DNA of 64,000 bases from an uncultured Actinomycetota bacterium (GCA_963807005.1 CAWDZK010000006.1:172612-236611), one strand, 5' to 3'; counted from the stretch's first letter, positions 18,606-28,633 are shown. Numbers and translations are program-made. Notes: generated from the letters alone by a model not told the origin.

Positions 18606-19053
18606 GCCTCTCCCTCCAGCGGCACCAGGGTGCCGGCGATCGTCCGGCTGCGCCCGCGCAGCTCGGCCACCACCGTGCCGTCGGCGCGGCGGACCGACAC
18701 GTCGTAGATGCCGCTGCGACCGGCGCGGTGTCGTTCCTCGGCCACCGCGGTGAGCTCGTCGCCGGCACGGACGGGGGCGACGAACGCGATGTCGCAGCCG
18801 GCCGCGACGGTGCTGCGCCCGTAGCTGTTGCAGGCGAGCGCGAAGGCGGTGTCGGCGAGCAGGAAGACGTAGCCCCCGTGCGCGATGTCATGGCCGTTGA
18901 CCATGTCCGGCCGGACCGTCATGGCGGCGGTGGCCCGCCCGGGGGCGACCTCGACCAGGCTCACCCCCGCGGCGGCAGACGCCTTGTCGTCGGCGAGCAT
19001 CGCCTGCGCGCTCCGCCGGGCGATCTCGTCCGGGTCGGTCAGTGGCGGCACGG
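18602..19053 (-). CDS. paaI: Hotdog-fold phenylacetyl-CoA thioesterase (PaaI family). The start is uncertain, GTG 19053 or ATG 19117.
   Basis: The hotdog fold and the PaaI-like motif [25 protein letters not shown] are present. The gene is adjacent and divergent to paaABCDE. Confidence 0.55.
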
Positions 19054-19107
19054 CGGCCACCCTAGGTGGGCCGCCCGGGCGGCGCCGGGGCGGTCCCCCG
19101 TGACCGA

Positions 19108-19151
19108 GATGTGACACACGACGCGCCGCTGCGATGGACGTGTGTCACATC
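19108..19151. promoter_or_regulatory. A 12-bp perfect inverted repeat separated by 20 bp in the divergent paaI/paaA control region, a candidate operator.
   Basis: The arms GATGTGACACAC (19108-19119) and GTGTGTCACATC (19140-19151) are exact reverse complements. Confidence 0.45.
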
Positions 19152-19169
19152 GGTGCCTAGACTCGGAGG

Positions 19170-20147
19170 GTGGACGACACCCTGACCAGCGCAGGCGCGG
19201 CGGACGAGACCGCCCGGCAGCGCGAGTTCGACGCGCTGATCGCGGCAGACGAGCGGATCGAGCCGCGGGACTGGATGCCCGAGGGCTACCGCAAGACGCT
19301 GATCCGCCAGATCGCCCAGCACGCGCACTCCGAGATCATCGGCATGCAGCCCGAGGGCAACTGGCTGACCCGGGCGCCGAGCCTGCGCCGCAAGGCGATC
19401 CTGCTCGCCAAGGTCCAGGACGAGGCGGGGCACGGGCTCTACCTCTACTCCGCCGCCGAGACGCTCGGCATCGACCGGGCCGAGCTGCTCGACCTGCTGC
19501 ACGCCGGCCGCCAGCGGTACTCCTCGATCTTCAACTACCCGACCCTCACCTGGGCGGACATGGGTGCCATCGGCTGGCTCGTCGACGGCGCCGCGATCGT
19601 CAACCAGGTGCCGATCTGCCGGTGCTCCTACGGCCCGTACGCGCGGGCCATGGTGCGGATCTGCAAGGAGGAGTCGTTCCACCAGCGGCAGGGCTTCGAG
19701 ATCCTGAACACGCTCTCGCACGGCACTCCCGCCCAGAAGGAGATGGCCCAGGACGCGGTCGACCGCTGGTGGTGGCCGTCGCTGATGATGTTCGGGCCGC
19801 CGGACGACGAGTCGCCGAACTCCGCCCAGTCGATGGCGTGGGGCATCAAGCGGTTCAGCAACGACGAGCTCCGGCAGAAGTTCGTCGACATGACGGTGCC
19901 GCAGGCCGAGGTGCTCGGGCTCACGCTGCCCGACCCGGACCTGCGCTTCGACGAGGAGACCGGGCAGCACGTGTTCGGCCCGATCGACTGGTCGGAGTTC
20001 TTCGCCGTGCTCAAGGGCGACGGCCCGTGCAACCAACAACGCATCGAGCACCGGCGCAGGGCCCACGAGGAGGGTGCCTGGGTGCGCGAGGCCGCCACGG
20101 CGTACGCCGCGAAGCGGGCCGCCAGGCCGACGGCCGGTGCCGCGTGA
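19170..20147 (+). CDS. paaA: 1,2-phenylacetyl-CoA epoxidase subunit A.
   Basis: It is a ferritin-like di-iron monooxygenase subunit, with RBS GGAGGG before GTG 19170, and it is first in the paaABCDE string. Confidence 0.8.
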   Translation: MDDTLTSAGAADETARQREFDALIAADERIEPRDWMPEGYRKTLIRQIAQHAHSEIIGMQPEGNWLTRAPSLRRKAILLAKVQDEAGHGLYLYSAAETLGIDRAELLDLLHAGRQRYSSIFNYPTLTWADMGAIGWLVDGAAIVNQVPICRCSYGPYARAMVRICKEESFHQRQGFEILNTLSHGTPAQKEMAQDAVDRWWWPSLMMFGPPDDESPNSAQSMAWGIKRFSNDELRQKFVDMTVPQAEVLGLTLPDPDLRFDEETGQHVFGPIDWSEFFAVLKGDGPCNQQRIEHRRRAHEEGAWVREAATAYAAKRAARPTAGAA

Positions 20148-20515
20148 GCGAGTCGCTCACCGCGGCGGGCGGCCACGGCGCGGTGCCGACCGCAGGGGTT
20201 CCCGCCGGCCACCAGGACGAGACCCCCGCCTCCCGCGCGGACTGGCCGCTCTGGGAGGTGTTCGTCCGGTCCCGTCGCGGGCTGAACCACCAGCACGTCG
20301 GCAGCCTGCACGCACCGGACGCCGCGATGGCGCTGCGCAACGCCCGCGACATCTACACCCGCCGCTCCGAGGGCGTCTCGCTCTGGGTGGTCCCGGCCGC
20401 GGCGATCGTGGCGTCCAGCCCGGACGAGAAGGACTCGTTCTTCGACCCGGCAGGGGACAAGGCCTACCGGCACCCCACGTTCTACGAGATCCCGGCCGAG
20501 GTGCAGCACCTGTGA
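20144..20515 (+). CDS. paaB: 1,2-phenylacetyl-CoA epoxidase subunit B.
   Basis: The 123-aa protein has a GTGA overlap with paaA and the conserved motif [10 protein letters not shown]. Confidence 0.75.
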   Translation: MSESLTAAGGHGAVPTAGVPAGHQDETPASRADWPLWEVFVRSRRGLNHQHVGSLHAPDAAMALRNARDIYTRRSEGVSLWVVPAAAIVASSPDEKDSFFDPAGDKAYRHPTFYEIPAEVQHL

Positions 20516-21303
20516 ACCCCGCATCGTCGGCTCTCGACGGCCCGCCGGGGCTGCCGGCCCTCGCGACCTATGCCCTGCGCCTCGGCGACGACGCGCTCGT
20601 CCTCTCGCACCGGCTCGCCGAGTGGGTGACCTACGCGCCGCAGCTCGAGGAGGACGTCGCCCTCGGCAACATCGGCCTGGACCTGTTGGGCCAGGCACGC
20701 ACCCTGCTGGGCTACGCCGGTGACGTCGAGGGCGCCGGCCGCACCGAGGACGACCTCGCCTACCTGCGCGACGAGCGCCAGTTCCTCAACGTGCACCTGG
20801 TGGAGCTGCCCAACGAGGACTTCGCCGTGTCGATGGCGCGGCAGCTCTTCTTCTCGACCTACCAGCTGGCCCTGTACGAGGCGCTGACCGCAAGTGCCGA
20901 CGAGACGCTGTCGGGGGTGGCGGGCAAGGCGGTCAAGGAGGTCGACTACCACCGCGACCACGCCACCCAGTGGGTTCTGCGACTCGGTGACGGCACCGCC
21001 GAGTCGCACCACCGGATGCAGGCCGCGGTCGAGCGGGTCTGGCCGTACGTCGACGAGCTGTTCGGCACCGACGAGCTGGAGCAGCGACTGGTGGCAGACG
21101 GCATCGCGGTCGACGCCCCGGGGCTGCGCGCCGGCTGGGACGCCTACGTCGGCGGCGTGCTGGCCGAGGCGACCCTGACCCGGCCCGAGGCAGTGCGCAC
21201 CCCTCCCGGCGGCGGCCGTCGCGGCATCCACACCGAGGCGCTGGGCTTCCTGCTGGCCGAGATGCAGCACCTGCACCGCGCCCACCCCGGAGCGACCTGG
21301 TGA
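20512..21303 (+). CDS. paaC: 1,2-phenylacetyl-CoA epoxidase subunit C.
   Basis: The 263-aa ferritin-like subunit has a GTGA overlap with paaB. Confidence 0.75.
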   Translation: MNPASSALDGPPGLPALATYALRLGDDALVLSHRLAEWVTYAPQLEEDVALGNIGLDLLGQARTLLGYAGDVEGAGRTEDDLAYLRDERQFLNVHLVELPNEDFAVSMARQLFFSTYQLALYEALTASADETLSGVAGKAVKEVDYHRDHATQWVLRLGDGTAESHHRMQAAVERVWPYVDELFGTDELEQRLVADGIAVDAPGLRAGWDAYVGGVLAEATLTRPEAVRTPPGGGRRGIHTEALGFLLAEMQHLHRAHPGATW

Positions 21304-21803
21304 GCGCGCCGACCGGGCAGCGCGCCGCCACCGTCGACGACGCCCGGCGGGCCGCGAGCGACGTGCTGGACCCGGAGGTCCCGGTGCTCACCATCGCCGA
21401 CCTCGGCGTCCTGCGCGACGTGGAGGTCCTCGACGACGGCACCGCGGTCGTCACGGTGACCCCGACGTACTCCGGCTGCCCGGCGATGGACGTCATCCGG
21501 CACGACGTCGAGCAGGCGGTGCGGCGGGCCGGGTTCGCTCAGGTCGAGGTGCGCACAGTGCTGGCACCGGCCTGGACGACCGACTGGATGACCGACGAAG
21601 GGCGGCGGGCCCTGGCCGACTACGGCATCGCGCCGCCGGCGGTCCGTGGCGCAGGGCCGGTCGCTGTCGCCCTGTCCGTGCGCTGCCCCCGGTGCGGCAG
21701 CCCGCGCACCCGCGAGACCAGCAGGTTCGGCTCCACGGCGTGCAAGTCGCTCTGGGTCTGCGAGGAGTGCCGCGAGCCGTTCGACCACTTCAAGGCGATC
21801 TGA
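21300..21803 (+). CDS. paaD: Phenylacetate-CoA oxygenase subunit PaaD (FeS-assembly SUF-like).
   Basis: The 167-aa protein has C-terminal Cys motifs (CPRCGS...CEEC) and a GTGA overlap with paaC. Confidence 0.75.
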   Translation: MSAPTGQRAATVDDARRAASDVLDPEVPVLTIADLGVLRDVEVLDDGTAVVTVTPTYSGCPAMDVIRHDVEQAVRRAGFAQVEVRTVLAPAWTTDWMTDEGRRALADYGIAPPAVRGAGPVAVALSVRCPRCGSPRTRETSRFGSTACKSLWVCEECREPFDHFKAI

Positions 21804-22927
21804 TGGCCACCGACCTCACCGCCGCGACGGCGACCGTCGTCGACACCGGACGCCGGCACGGCACGTTCCACCCGCTGCGGGTCGCCGCGGTCGAGCCGCT
21901 GACCGACGACGCCGTCGCCATCACCTTCGCCGTCCCGGACGACCTGCGGGAGGCCTACGCCTTCGACGCCGGCCAGCACCTCACCCTGCGCACCCGGGTG
22001 GACGGGGAGGAGGTCCGGCGCAACTACTCGATCTGCGCGCCCGCCACCGAGGGCCGGCTGCGGATCGGCGTGAAGCGGCTGGACGGCGGTGCGTTCTCCA
22101 CCCACGCGACCTCGACGCTGCAGGTCGGCGACGAGGTCGAGGTGATGACGCCCACCGGCAGGTTCACCCCGCGACTGGACCCGGCGCAGGCCCGGCACTA
22201 CGGCGCCATCGCCGCCGGCAGCGGCATCACGCCGGTGCTGTCGATCGTCGCGACCGCGCTCGCGACGGAGCCGGCCAGCACGGTGACGCTGGTCTACGGC
22301 AACCGCACGGTCGCATCGGTGATGTTCCTCGAGGAGCTGGCCGACCTCAAGGACCGCTATCCGGACCGGTTCGAGCTGCTGCACGTGCTCTCCCGCGAGT
22401 CGCAGGAGGCTGAGCTCCTCAGCGGGAGGCTGGACCCGCCACGACTGCGCCGGCTGCTCACGGCCCTGGTGTCGCCGGGCTCGGTCGACGAGTGGTTCCT
22501 GTGCGGCCCGTTCGCGATGGTCGAGGGAGCCCGCGAGGTGCTCGCCGAGATGGGCGTCGGCTCGGAGCACGTCCACACCGAGCTCTTCCACGTCGAGGGC
22601 GAGGCGCCGCGCGAGTCCGCCTCACCTGAGGAGGTGCGCGCCGCGGGAACCAGCAGCGTCGTCGTCACCCTCGACGGCAGGGCCTCCACCGTCCAGGTGC
22701 CGCGCACGGGGGAGCGGATCCTCGATGCCGTCCTGGCGGTCCGGGCCGACGCGCCGTACGCCTGCAAGGGCGGGGTGTGCGGCACCTGCCGCGCGAAGGT
22801 CGTGTCCGGCGAGGTGACGATGGCGCGCAACTACGCCCTCGACCCCGAGGAGATGGCCGCCGGCTTCGTCCTGGCCTGTCAGTCGGTGCCGGTGTCGGAG
22901 GACGTCGAGCTCGACTTCGACGCCTGA
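21803..22927 (+). CDS. paaE: Phenylacetate-CoA oxygenase reductase subunit (ferredoxin-NADP reductase plus 2Fe-2S ferredoxin).
   Basis: It has an FNR-like FAD/NAD-binding region and a C-terminal plant-type ferredoxin (CKGGVCGTC...C). ATG 21803 overlaps the paaD stop. Confidence 0.8.
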   Translation: MATDLTAATATVVDTGRRHGTFHPLRVAAVEPLTDDAVAITFAVPDDLREAYAFDAGQHLTLRTRVDGEEVRRNYSICAPATEGRLRIGVKRLDGGAFSTHATSTLQVGDEVEVMTPTGRFTPRLDPAQARHYGAIAAGSGITPVLSIVATALATEPASTVTLVYGNRTVASVMFLEELADLKDRYPDRFELLHVLSRESQEAELLSGRLDPPRLRRLLTALVSPGSVDEWFLCGPFAMVEGAREVLAEMGVGSEHVHTELFHVEGEAPRESASPEEVRAAGTSSVVVTLDGRASTVQVPRTGERILDAVLAVRADAPYACKGGVCGTCRAKVVSGEVTMARNYALDPEEMAAGFVLACQSVPVSEDVELDFDA

Positions 22928-23092
22928 CCGTCCTGTGCCCGCGGCGGCTCCGGGTCCGCGGGGCGCTGGTCGTCGGGTGCCGGCCGGGGGCTCGCCGTGA
23001 TCGTGGTCCGTCGTATGGGCATGTTCGGGCCTTCGACCCGGCCGGCGGCGTCGGATGCACCTGTCTCGCCCCGTGACTGAGAGAGTGTCCGC

Positions 23093-23551
23093 ATGCGTGT
23101 GTCAGCCCGGGTCGACTATGCCGTGCGAGCGCTGGTCCAGCTCGCCTCCGACAGTGCGGTCGAGCCGGTCAAGGCCGAGCACCTGGCCACCGCCCAGCAG
23201 ATCCCGCTCAAGTTCCTGCTGGAGATCCTCCGCCAGCTCAAGCAGCACAAGCTGCTGGTCAGCCGGCGCGGACCCGAGGGCGGCTACCGGCTGGCCCGGC
23301 CCGCGTCCGAGATCGCCATCGCCGACGTGATCCGCGCGGTCGAGGGACCGCTGGCCACCGTCCGGGACACCAGCCCCGCGTCGCTGGCCTACGACGGCCC
23401 GACCGAGCCGCTGCGCACGGTCTGGATCGCCGTGCGTGGCGCCCTGCGGCACGTGCTGGAGGACGTCACGCTGCAGGACGTGCTCACCGGTCGGCTGCCG
23501 AAGCACGTCGTGTCGATGGCCGAGGCGTACGGCGTCGACGAGCGGCCCTAG
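23093..23551 (+). CDS. Rrf2-family transcriptional regulator of the non-Fe-S type.
   Basis: The N-terminal HTH MRVSARVDYAVRALVQLA is present, and the three-Cys cluster-binding motif is absent. Confidence 0.75.
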   Translation: MRVSARVDYAVRALVQLASDSAVEPVKAEHLATAQQIPLKFLLEILRQLKQHKLLVSRRGPEGGYRLARPASEIAIADVIRAVEGPLATVRDTSPASLAYDGPTEPLRTVWIAVRGALRHVLEDVTLQDVLTGRLPKHVVSMAEAYGVDERP

Positions 23552-24090
23552 CGGCTGCTCAGGTCGCGGGGTGCGGTCGGACGGGACGACCGCAGGGCCT
23601 CCGCCTCGAGCGTGCAGGCCGCGTGCAGCAGCGACAGCTCGTCGTCCCGGTGGCCGGCGCCGTGCAGCAGCCCGTCGACCAGCTCGGCCGCCGACCCGGT
23701 GACCAGCTCGGCGCGCACCCGTGCGGCCGCCAGACCGTCCGCTTGCCGGCTGCGGTCCGGCTGCGCCTGCAGGACCCGCAGCTCGGCGTCCACCGCGCGG
23801 CCGGCGAGCTCGAGCCGACCCAGCAGCGAGCGGACGTCGCCGACCGGCACGTCCAGGACGGCGGCGGCGTCGAGGGCGCGCCGCGCTCCGCCGAGCGAGC
23901 GGTCCAGCTCGCGGCGCAGCCGGGCCACCTCCGCGCCGGGACCGACCCCGTGCGCCCGGGCCCGCAGTGTCGCCGCGTCGCGCAGGGCGCCCAGCCGGCT
24001 GCGCAGCGTCCGGACCGCGCTGCGGACCACCAGGACGACGACGCAGGAGCTGAAGGCGAGGGTGGCCAGGACGGCCATGAGGGTGCCCAT
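23548..24090 (-). CDS. Hypothetical N-terminally membrane-anchored protein.
   Basis: The 180-aa protein has a single TM (MGTLMAVLATLAFSSCVVVLVV) and an Ala/Arg-rich helical remainder. It is real only if it is not a GC artifact; it overlaps the Rrf2 stop. Confidence 0.3.
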   Translation of the reverse strand: MGTLMAVLATLAFSSCVVVLVVRSAVRTLRSRLGALRDAATLRARAHGVGPGAEVARLRRELDRSLGGARRALDAAAVLDVPVGDVRSLLGRLELAGRAVDAELRVLQAQPDRSRQADGLAAARVRAELVTGSAAELVDGLLHGAGHRDDELSLLHAACTLEAEALRSSRPTAPRDLSSR

Positions 24091-24224
24091 GGGTGCGACC
24101 CTACGTCGGGGTGGAGCCCCGACGCGGAGCGGACGGCGAACCCGGGACGCGGGCCGGCCCCGGTCGTGGAGGATCCGGGGCCGGTGGCTCGCGAGGAGCG
24201 GTGGGTGGGCGGTGTCCTGCGACC

Positions 24225-25193
24225 TCAGCCGGCCGCGTGCTGTGCCGGGATGGTGCCCAGCTTGCCGGCCTGGAAGTCCTCGAACGCCTGCCGCAGCTCG
24301 GTCTCCTCGTTCATGACGAACGGGCCGTACCAGGCCACCGGCTCGCGGATCGGGCGCCCACCGAGGACGAGCACGTCGAGCGACGGGCTGCGCGACTCCT
24401 GACGGTCGCCGGCCCGCACGGTCACGGTGTCCCCGGCGCCGAGCACCGCCAGCTGGCCGGCCCGCAGCGGCCGGCCCTCGGCGCCGACCGTTCCCGCGCC
24501 GCCGAGGGCGTAGACCAGCGCGTTGTACGAGGTGTCCCACGGCAGCGTGAGCCCGGCGCCGGCCTCCAGGGTGGCGTGGGCGAGCGTGATCGGGGTGTAC
24601 GTCGAGCCGGGTCCGGAGACCGCGACGCCGGGCAGCGACCCGGCGATGAGGCGGACCAGCGCGCCGCCGTCGGGGGAGGACAGCAGGCCGACCTTCGCGC
24701 CCCGGATGTCCTGGTAGCGCGGCGCCGCCCACTTCTGCGCGCGGGGGAGGTTGACCCAGAGCTGGAAGCCGTGGAACAGCCCGCCGCTCACCACGAGAGC
24801 CTCGGGCGGGGTCTCGATGTGCAGGATGCCGGAGCCGGCCGTCATCCACTGGGTGTCGCCGTTGGTGATCAGGCCGCCGCCACCGTTGGAGTCCTGGTGG
24901 GCCATCTCGCCGTCGATCATGTAGGTGACGGTCTCGAAGCCGCGGTGCGGGTGCCACGACGTGCCCTTGGGCTCGCCGGGCGCGTACTCGACCTCGCCCA
25001 TCTGGTCGAGGTGCACGAACGGGTCGAGGTCGGCCAGGTCGACGCCCGCGAAGGCGCGGCGGACGGGGAACCCCTCGCCCTCGAAGCCGCGGGGCGCGGT
25101 GCTGACCGAGCGGACCGGGCGGTCCCGGCCGGAGGGGTCCGCGGCGGGGACACGGGGGAGGGCGAGGACGTCGTCGACGGTGACGGCTGGCAT
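24225..25193 (-). CDS. Pirin-family protein (quercetin 2,3-dioxygenase-like bicupin).
   Basis: The HPHRGFETVTYMIDGEMAH metal-binding cupin motif is present in a 322-aa protein. Confidence 0.8.
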   Translation of the reverse strand: MPAVTVDDVLALPRVPAADPSGRDRPVRSVSTAPRGFEGEGFPVRRAFAGVDLADLDPFVHLDQMGEVEYAPGEPKGTSWHPHRGFETVTYMIDGEMAHQDSNGGGGLITNGDTQWMTAGSGILHIETPPEALVVSGGLFHGFQLWVNLPRAQKWAAPRYQDIRGAKVGLLSSPDGGALVRLIAGSLPGVAVSGPGSTYTPITLAHATLEAGAGLTLPWDTSYNALVYALGGAGTVGAEGRPLRAGQLAVLGAGDTVTVRAGDRQESRSPSLDVLVLGGRPIREPVAWYGPFVMNEETELRQAFEDFQAGKLGTIPAQHAAG

Positions 25194-25276
25194 GCCCCCT
25201 CCAACGCTCGGACCGCGGTCGCGATTCCGGCCACCCGCGCGGGGCGCGCCGGCCGCACGGATGAGAGCGTGGCACG

Positions 25277-26104
25277 GTGGTCGACCCGGTGGAAGGACGC
25301 GACGGCGCCGTCCCAGATGTCGTCGGGGTCGTCCTGGCCGCCGGGGCCGGGACCCGGCTCCGGCCGCTGACCGACGTGCGGCCCAAGGCGCTGTGCACGG
25401 TCGGCGGGCGCAGCCTGCTTGACCTGGCGCTGGCGCGGGTCGCCCCGCACGTCAGCCGTACCGCCGTGAACGCCCACCACCACGCCGACCAGCTGCGGGC
25501 GGCGCTCCACGGGGACGTCCACCTCGAGGTGGAGTCGCCGGTCGCGCTGGGGACAGCCGGTGCGCTGGGCAACCTGCGGGGCTGGCTGGCCGGGGCGGCG
25601 GTGCTGCTCACCAACGCCGACGCCTACTACGGCCGGGCGGGGGTCGTGGCCGAGCTGGTCGCCGGCTGGGACGGCGAGCGGCCCCGGCTGCTCTGCGCGC
25701 CGGACGGGGTCCCCGGCGTGCTCGACGGTCGCCGCTACGTCGGCACCGCGCTGCTGCCGTGGTGGTCGGTCCGGGACCTGCGGCCCGTGCCGTCCGGCCT
25801 GTACGAGGTGTCCTGGCGGGACCTGCACGAGGCCGGGCGGCTGGACCTCGTCGTCCGGGACGACGGCGACCTCGCGGCGGTCGACTGCGGGACCCCGGCT
25901 GACTACCTGCGGGCCAACATGCTCGCCAGCGGCGGCCGGTCCGTGGTCGAGCCCGGGGCCGACGTGCGGGGCGAGCTGGTGCGCTCGGTCGTCTGGGCCG
26001 GGGAGCGGGTGGCGCCCGGGGAGCGCCTGGTGGACGTCGTACGCGCTGCCGGGGTCACCCTCCAGCCGCTCCGCACAGCGCAGGCGGACACGTCCCCGGG
26101 GTGA
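25277..26104 (+). CDS. Nucleotidyltransferase (sugar-phosphate NTP-transferase family).
   Basis: The VVLAAGAGTRLRPLTDVRPKAL G-rich NTP-transferase signature is present. Confidence 0.6.
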   Translation: MVDPVEGRDGAVPDVVGVVLAAGAGTRLRPLTDVRPKALCTVGGRSLLDLALARVAPHVSRTAVNAHHHADQLRAALHGDVHLEVESPVALGTAGALGNLRGWLAGAAVLLTNADAYYGRAGVVAELVAGWDGERPRLLCAPDGVPGVLDGRRYVGTALLPWWSVRDLRPVPSGLYEVSWRDLHEAGRLDLVVRDDGDLAAVDCGTPADYLRANMLASGGRSVVEPGADVRGELVRSVVWAGERVAPGERLVDVVRAAGVTLQPLRTAQADTSPG

Positions 26105-26122
26105 ATGACACGGCTGTCATTC
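26103..26122. promoter_or_regulatory. An AT-rich 8-4-8 palindrome GAATGACA-cggc-TGTCATTC, a candidate operator upstream of the DUF3263 gene.
   Basis: The arms are perfect reverse complements. It is an unusually AT-rich motif in a roughly 72% GC context, 70 bp upstream of ATG 26192. Confidence 0.4.
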
Positions 26123-26191
26123 GACCCGTACGATGATGCCGCTGGTCCGCACGCGCGGTCAGCAGCGTGCCGACCCGTCGCGAGGAGAGTT

Positions 26192-26488
26192 ATGGACGCC
26201 GCCAACGCCTTCCGGCCCACCGACTCCGGTGCCGCGGCGACGCTGGCCGAGCGCGACCAGCAGATCCTCGCCTTCGAGCGGCAGTGGTGGAAGTACGCCG
26301 GCGCCAAGGAGCAGGCGATCCGCGAGCTGTTCGACATGTCGGCCACCCGGTACTACCAGGTGCTCAACGCGCTGATCGACCGCCCCGAGGCCCTCGCTGT
26401 CGACCCGATGCTGGTCAAGCGGCTGCGCCGGCTGCGGTCTGCCCGCCAGCGGGCCCGGTCGGCCCGGCGGCTCGGCATCGAGGTCTGA
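26192..26488 (+). CDS. DUF3263-domain protein.
   Basis: The 98-aa protein has RBS AGGAGA before ATG 26192 and the conserved segment ERQWWKYAGAKEQAIRELFDMSATRYYQVLN. Confidence 0.6.
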   Translation: MDAANAFRPTDSGAAATLAERDQQILAFERQWWKYAGAKEQAIRELFDMSATRYYQVLNALIDRPEALAVDPMLVKRLRRLRSARQRARSARRLGIEV

Positions 26489-26549
26489 GCATCTCCCCGC
26501 TCGCCGCCTCGCCCGTCCTCCGGTGAAGGCGCTAGCGTCGGACCCCGTC

Positions 26550-27170
26550 ATGAGCGCGCCCCAGCCCCAGCCCCGCCGCCGTCGCGGCGCCCACCGCACC
26601 GGCCGCAGCGTCGTCGCGGCGGTCCTGCCGTCCGCGCTGGCCGTCCTCGCCGTGGCCTCGTTGATCACGTCGCTGGCCGTCTGGCGCGGCGAGGACCCCG
26701 CCCAGCCCAGCGCCGCGGCCTCGACCTCCTCGGCTGACGCGACCCGCGAGGCGCTGAGCCAGGCGCCCACGACGCCCGCCGCGAGCACCCCGGCCCGGCC
26801 GGCCGGGAGCAGCGCGGCGGCCAGCGCTTCGAAGGCACCGGCCACGTCGGCCACGTCGGCACCGTCGGCCACGTCGGCACCGTCCGCCGTCGACTTCTCG
26901 GTCGAGGTCGTCGTCCTCAACCAGACCAGCCGGTCCGGCCTGGCCGGACAGGTCGCCACCCGGCTGCGCGGCCGGGGCTGGACCGTCCCGGCGGTGGGCA
27001 ACTTCCGCGGCGTCGTGCCGGCGACCACGGTCTACTACCCCGCCGGCCAGGAGGACGCCGCCCAGGCCGCCGCCGAGAGCCTGCCCACCACGCCGCGGGT
27101 CCGCCCGCGGTTCGGCAACCTGTCGACCAGCCGGCTCACGGTGGTCGTCACCGACGGCTACCCGGGCTGA
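26550..27170 (+). CDS. LytR C-terminal (LytR_C) domain-containing membrane-anchored protein.
   Basis: An N-terminal TM, a low-complexity Ala/Ser/Thr/Pro linker and a C-terminal LytR_C-like domain (VVVLNQTSRSGLAGQVATRLRGRGW) are present. Confidence 0.5.
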   Translation: MSAPQPQPRRRRGAHRTGRSVVAAVLPSALAVLAVASLITSLAVWRGEDPAQPSAAASTSSADATREALSQAPTTPAASTPARPAGSSAAASASKAPATSATSAPSATSAPSAVDFSVEVVVLNQTSRSGLAGQVATRLRGRGWTVPAVGNFRGVVPATTVYYPAGQEDAAQAAAESLPTTPRVRPRFGNLSTSRLTVVVTDGYPG

Positions 27171-27178
27171 CGAGCGCC

Positions 27179-28000
27179 ATGAGCGCGCTGCCGGAGCCCA
27201 CCTCCGACGCCGGCCGCGCCGGGCTGGCCGCCCTCCTCGCCGAGCCCGCGGCGGCGCTGCTCGGGCTGGACTTCGACGGCACCCTCGCACCGATCGTGCC
27301 GGACCCGGATTCCGCGCGCGCGCACCCCGGCGTACCCGGTGTCCTGTCCCGGCTGGCCGGGCAGGGCGTGCGGATCGCGCTGGTCACCGGACGTCCCGCC
27401 GGCAAGGCGGTGGAGTACGCCGGCATCGCCGCCGTCCAGGGGCTGGTCGTGCTGGGCCACTACGGGCTGGAGCGGTGGGAGGGCGGCCAGCTCACGATTC
27501 CGGACGGGCTGGACGCGGTCGACGAGCTACGCCGCCGGCTGCCGTCGCTGCTCGCTGACGTCGGTGCGCCGGAGGGCACGTTCGTCGAGGACAAGGGCGC
27601 CGCGCTCGCGGTGCACACCCGGCGTACGGACGACCCAGCCGGCACGTTCGAGTCGTTGCGGGCACCGCTGTCCGGACTGGCCGACGAGGTCGGGCTCGTC
27701 GTCGAGCCGGGCCGGTTCGTCCTGGAGCTGCGGCCCGCGGGCGGTGACAAGGGCGACGCGGTGCGCGGTCTGGCCGGCGAGCGGCCGACGTCCGCGGTCG
27801 TGTTCGTCGGAGACGACCTCGGCGACCTCGCTGCCTACGACGCCATCGACCTGCTCCGGACCCAGGGCACGCCGGGCCTGCTGGTGTGCAGCGGCTCGAC
27901 CGAGGTCACCGCGCTGGCGGAGCGCGCCGACCTGGTCGTGGACGGCCCCGACGGGGTGGTCGATCTGCTCGGCGCCGTCGCGGACGCGCTGGGCGGCTGA
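27179..28000 (+). CDS. otsB: Trehalose-6-phosphate phosphatase.
   Basis: It is a HAD-IIB phosphatase with LLGLDFDGTLAPIV (motif I DxDGT), and otsA is encoded nearby. Confidence 0.75.
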   Translation: MSALPEPTSDAGRAGLAALLAEPAAALLGLDFDGTLAPIVPDPDSARAHPGVPGVLSRLAGQGVRIALVTGRPAGKAVEYAGIAAVQGLVVLGHYGLERWEGGQLTIPDGLDAVDELRRRLPSLLADVGAPEGTFVEDKGAALAVHTRRTDDPAGTFESLRAPLSGLADEVGLVVEPGRFVLELRPAGGDKGDAVRGLAGERPTSAVVFVGDDLGDLAAYDAIDLLRTQGTPGLLVCSGSTEVTALAERADLVVDGPDGVVDLLGAVADALGG

Positions 28001-28093
28001 CCAGAGCCGGTCCGGAGCCGCACGTTCAACGCGTCCGGCTCCCCATCGCGTCCTGCAGGTGGAGGATGCAGATCGGGACCCGAGGGAGCGGTC

Positions 28094-28633
28094 ATGGCGG
28101 TGCGCGAGCGGCCGGAGGCGGCGTTCCACGAGTTCGTGGCCGCCCGCTCTGCCAGCCTGTTCCGCACCGCCCTGCTCATGGTCGGTGACCATCAGCTGGC
28201 CCAGGACCTGCTGCAGGAGTCCCTGGTCAAGACCTACGTCGCGTGGCCCCGGCTGCGTGACGTGGCCAACGTCGAGGCGTACGCCCGCCGGGTCGTCGTG
28301 ACGACGTCGATCTCCTGGCGCCGGCGCCGGTCGTTCCACGAGCGCCCGGTCGACCCGCTGCCCGAGCGCGCCGTGGCGGACCTCGCCGAGTCGGTCGCCG
28401 GCCGGCTCGACCTGTGGCCGCTGGTGCAGGCACTGCCCCCGAAGCAGCGAGCGGCGGTGGTGCTGCGCTACTGCGAGGACCTCTCCGAGGCGCAGACGGC
28501 CGAGCTGATGGGCTGCTCGGTCGGTGCCGTGAAGAAGAACGCCTCGGTCGGGCTGGCCAAGCTGCGCGACCGGATGGGTGCGCGGCTCGCGTTGCCCGCC
28601 ACCACCTCGGACGAGTCGGCGGTGACGTCATGA
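28094..28633 (+). CDS. ECF-type RNA polymerase sigma factor (sigma-70 regions 2 and 4).
   Basis: Region 2 (DLLQESLVKTYVAW) and region 4 HTH (LSEAQTAELMGCSVGAVKKNASVGLAKLR) are present. Confidence 0.8.
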   Translation: MAVRERPEAAFHEFVAARSASLFRTALLMVGDHQLAQDLLQESLVKTYVAWPRLRDVANVEAYARRVVVTTSISWRRRRSFHERPVDPLPERAVADLAESVAGRLDLWPLVQALPPKQRAAVVLRYCEDLSEAQTAELMGCSVGAVKKNASVGLAKLRDRMGARLALPATTSDESAVTS

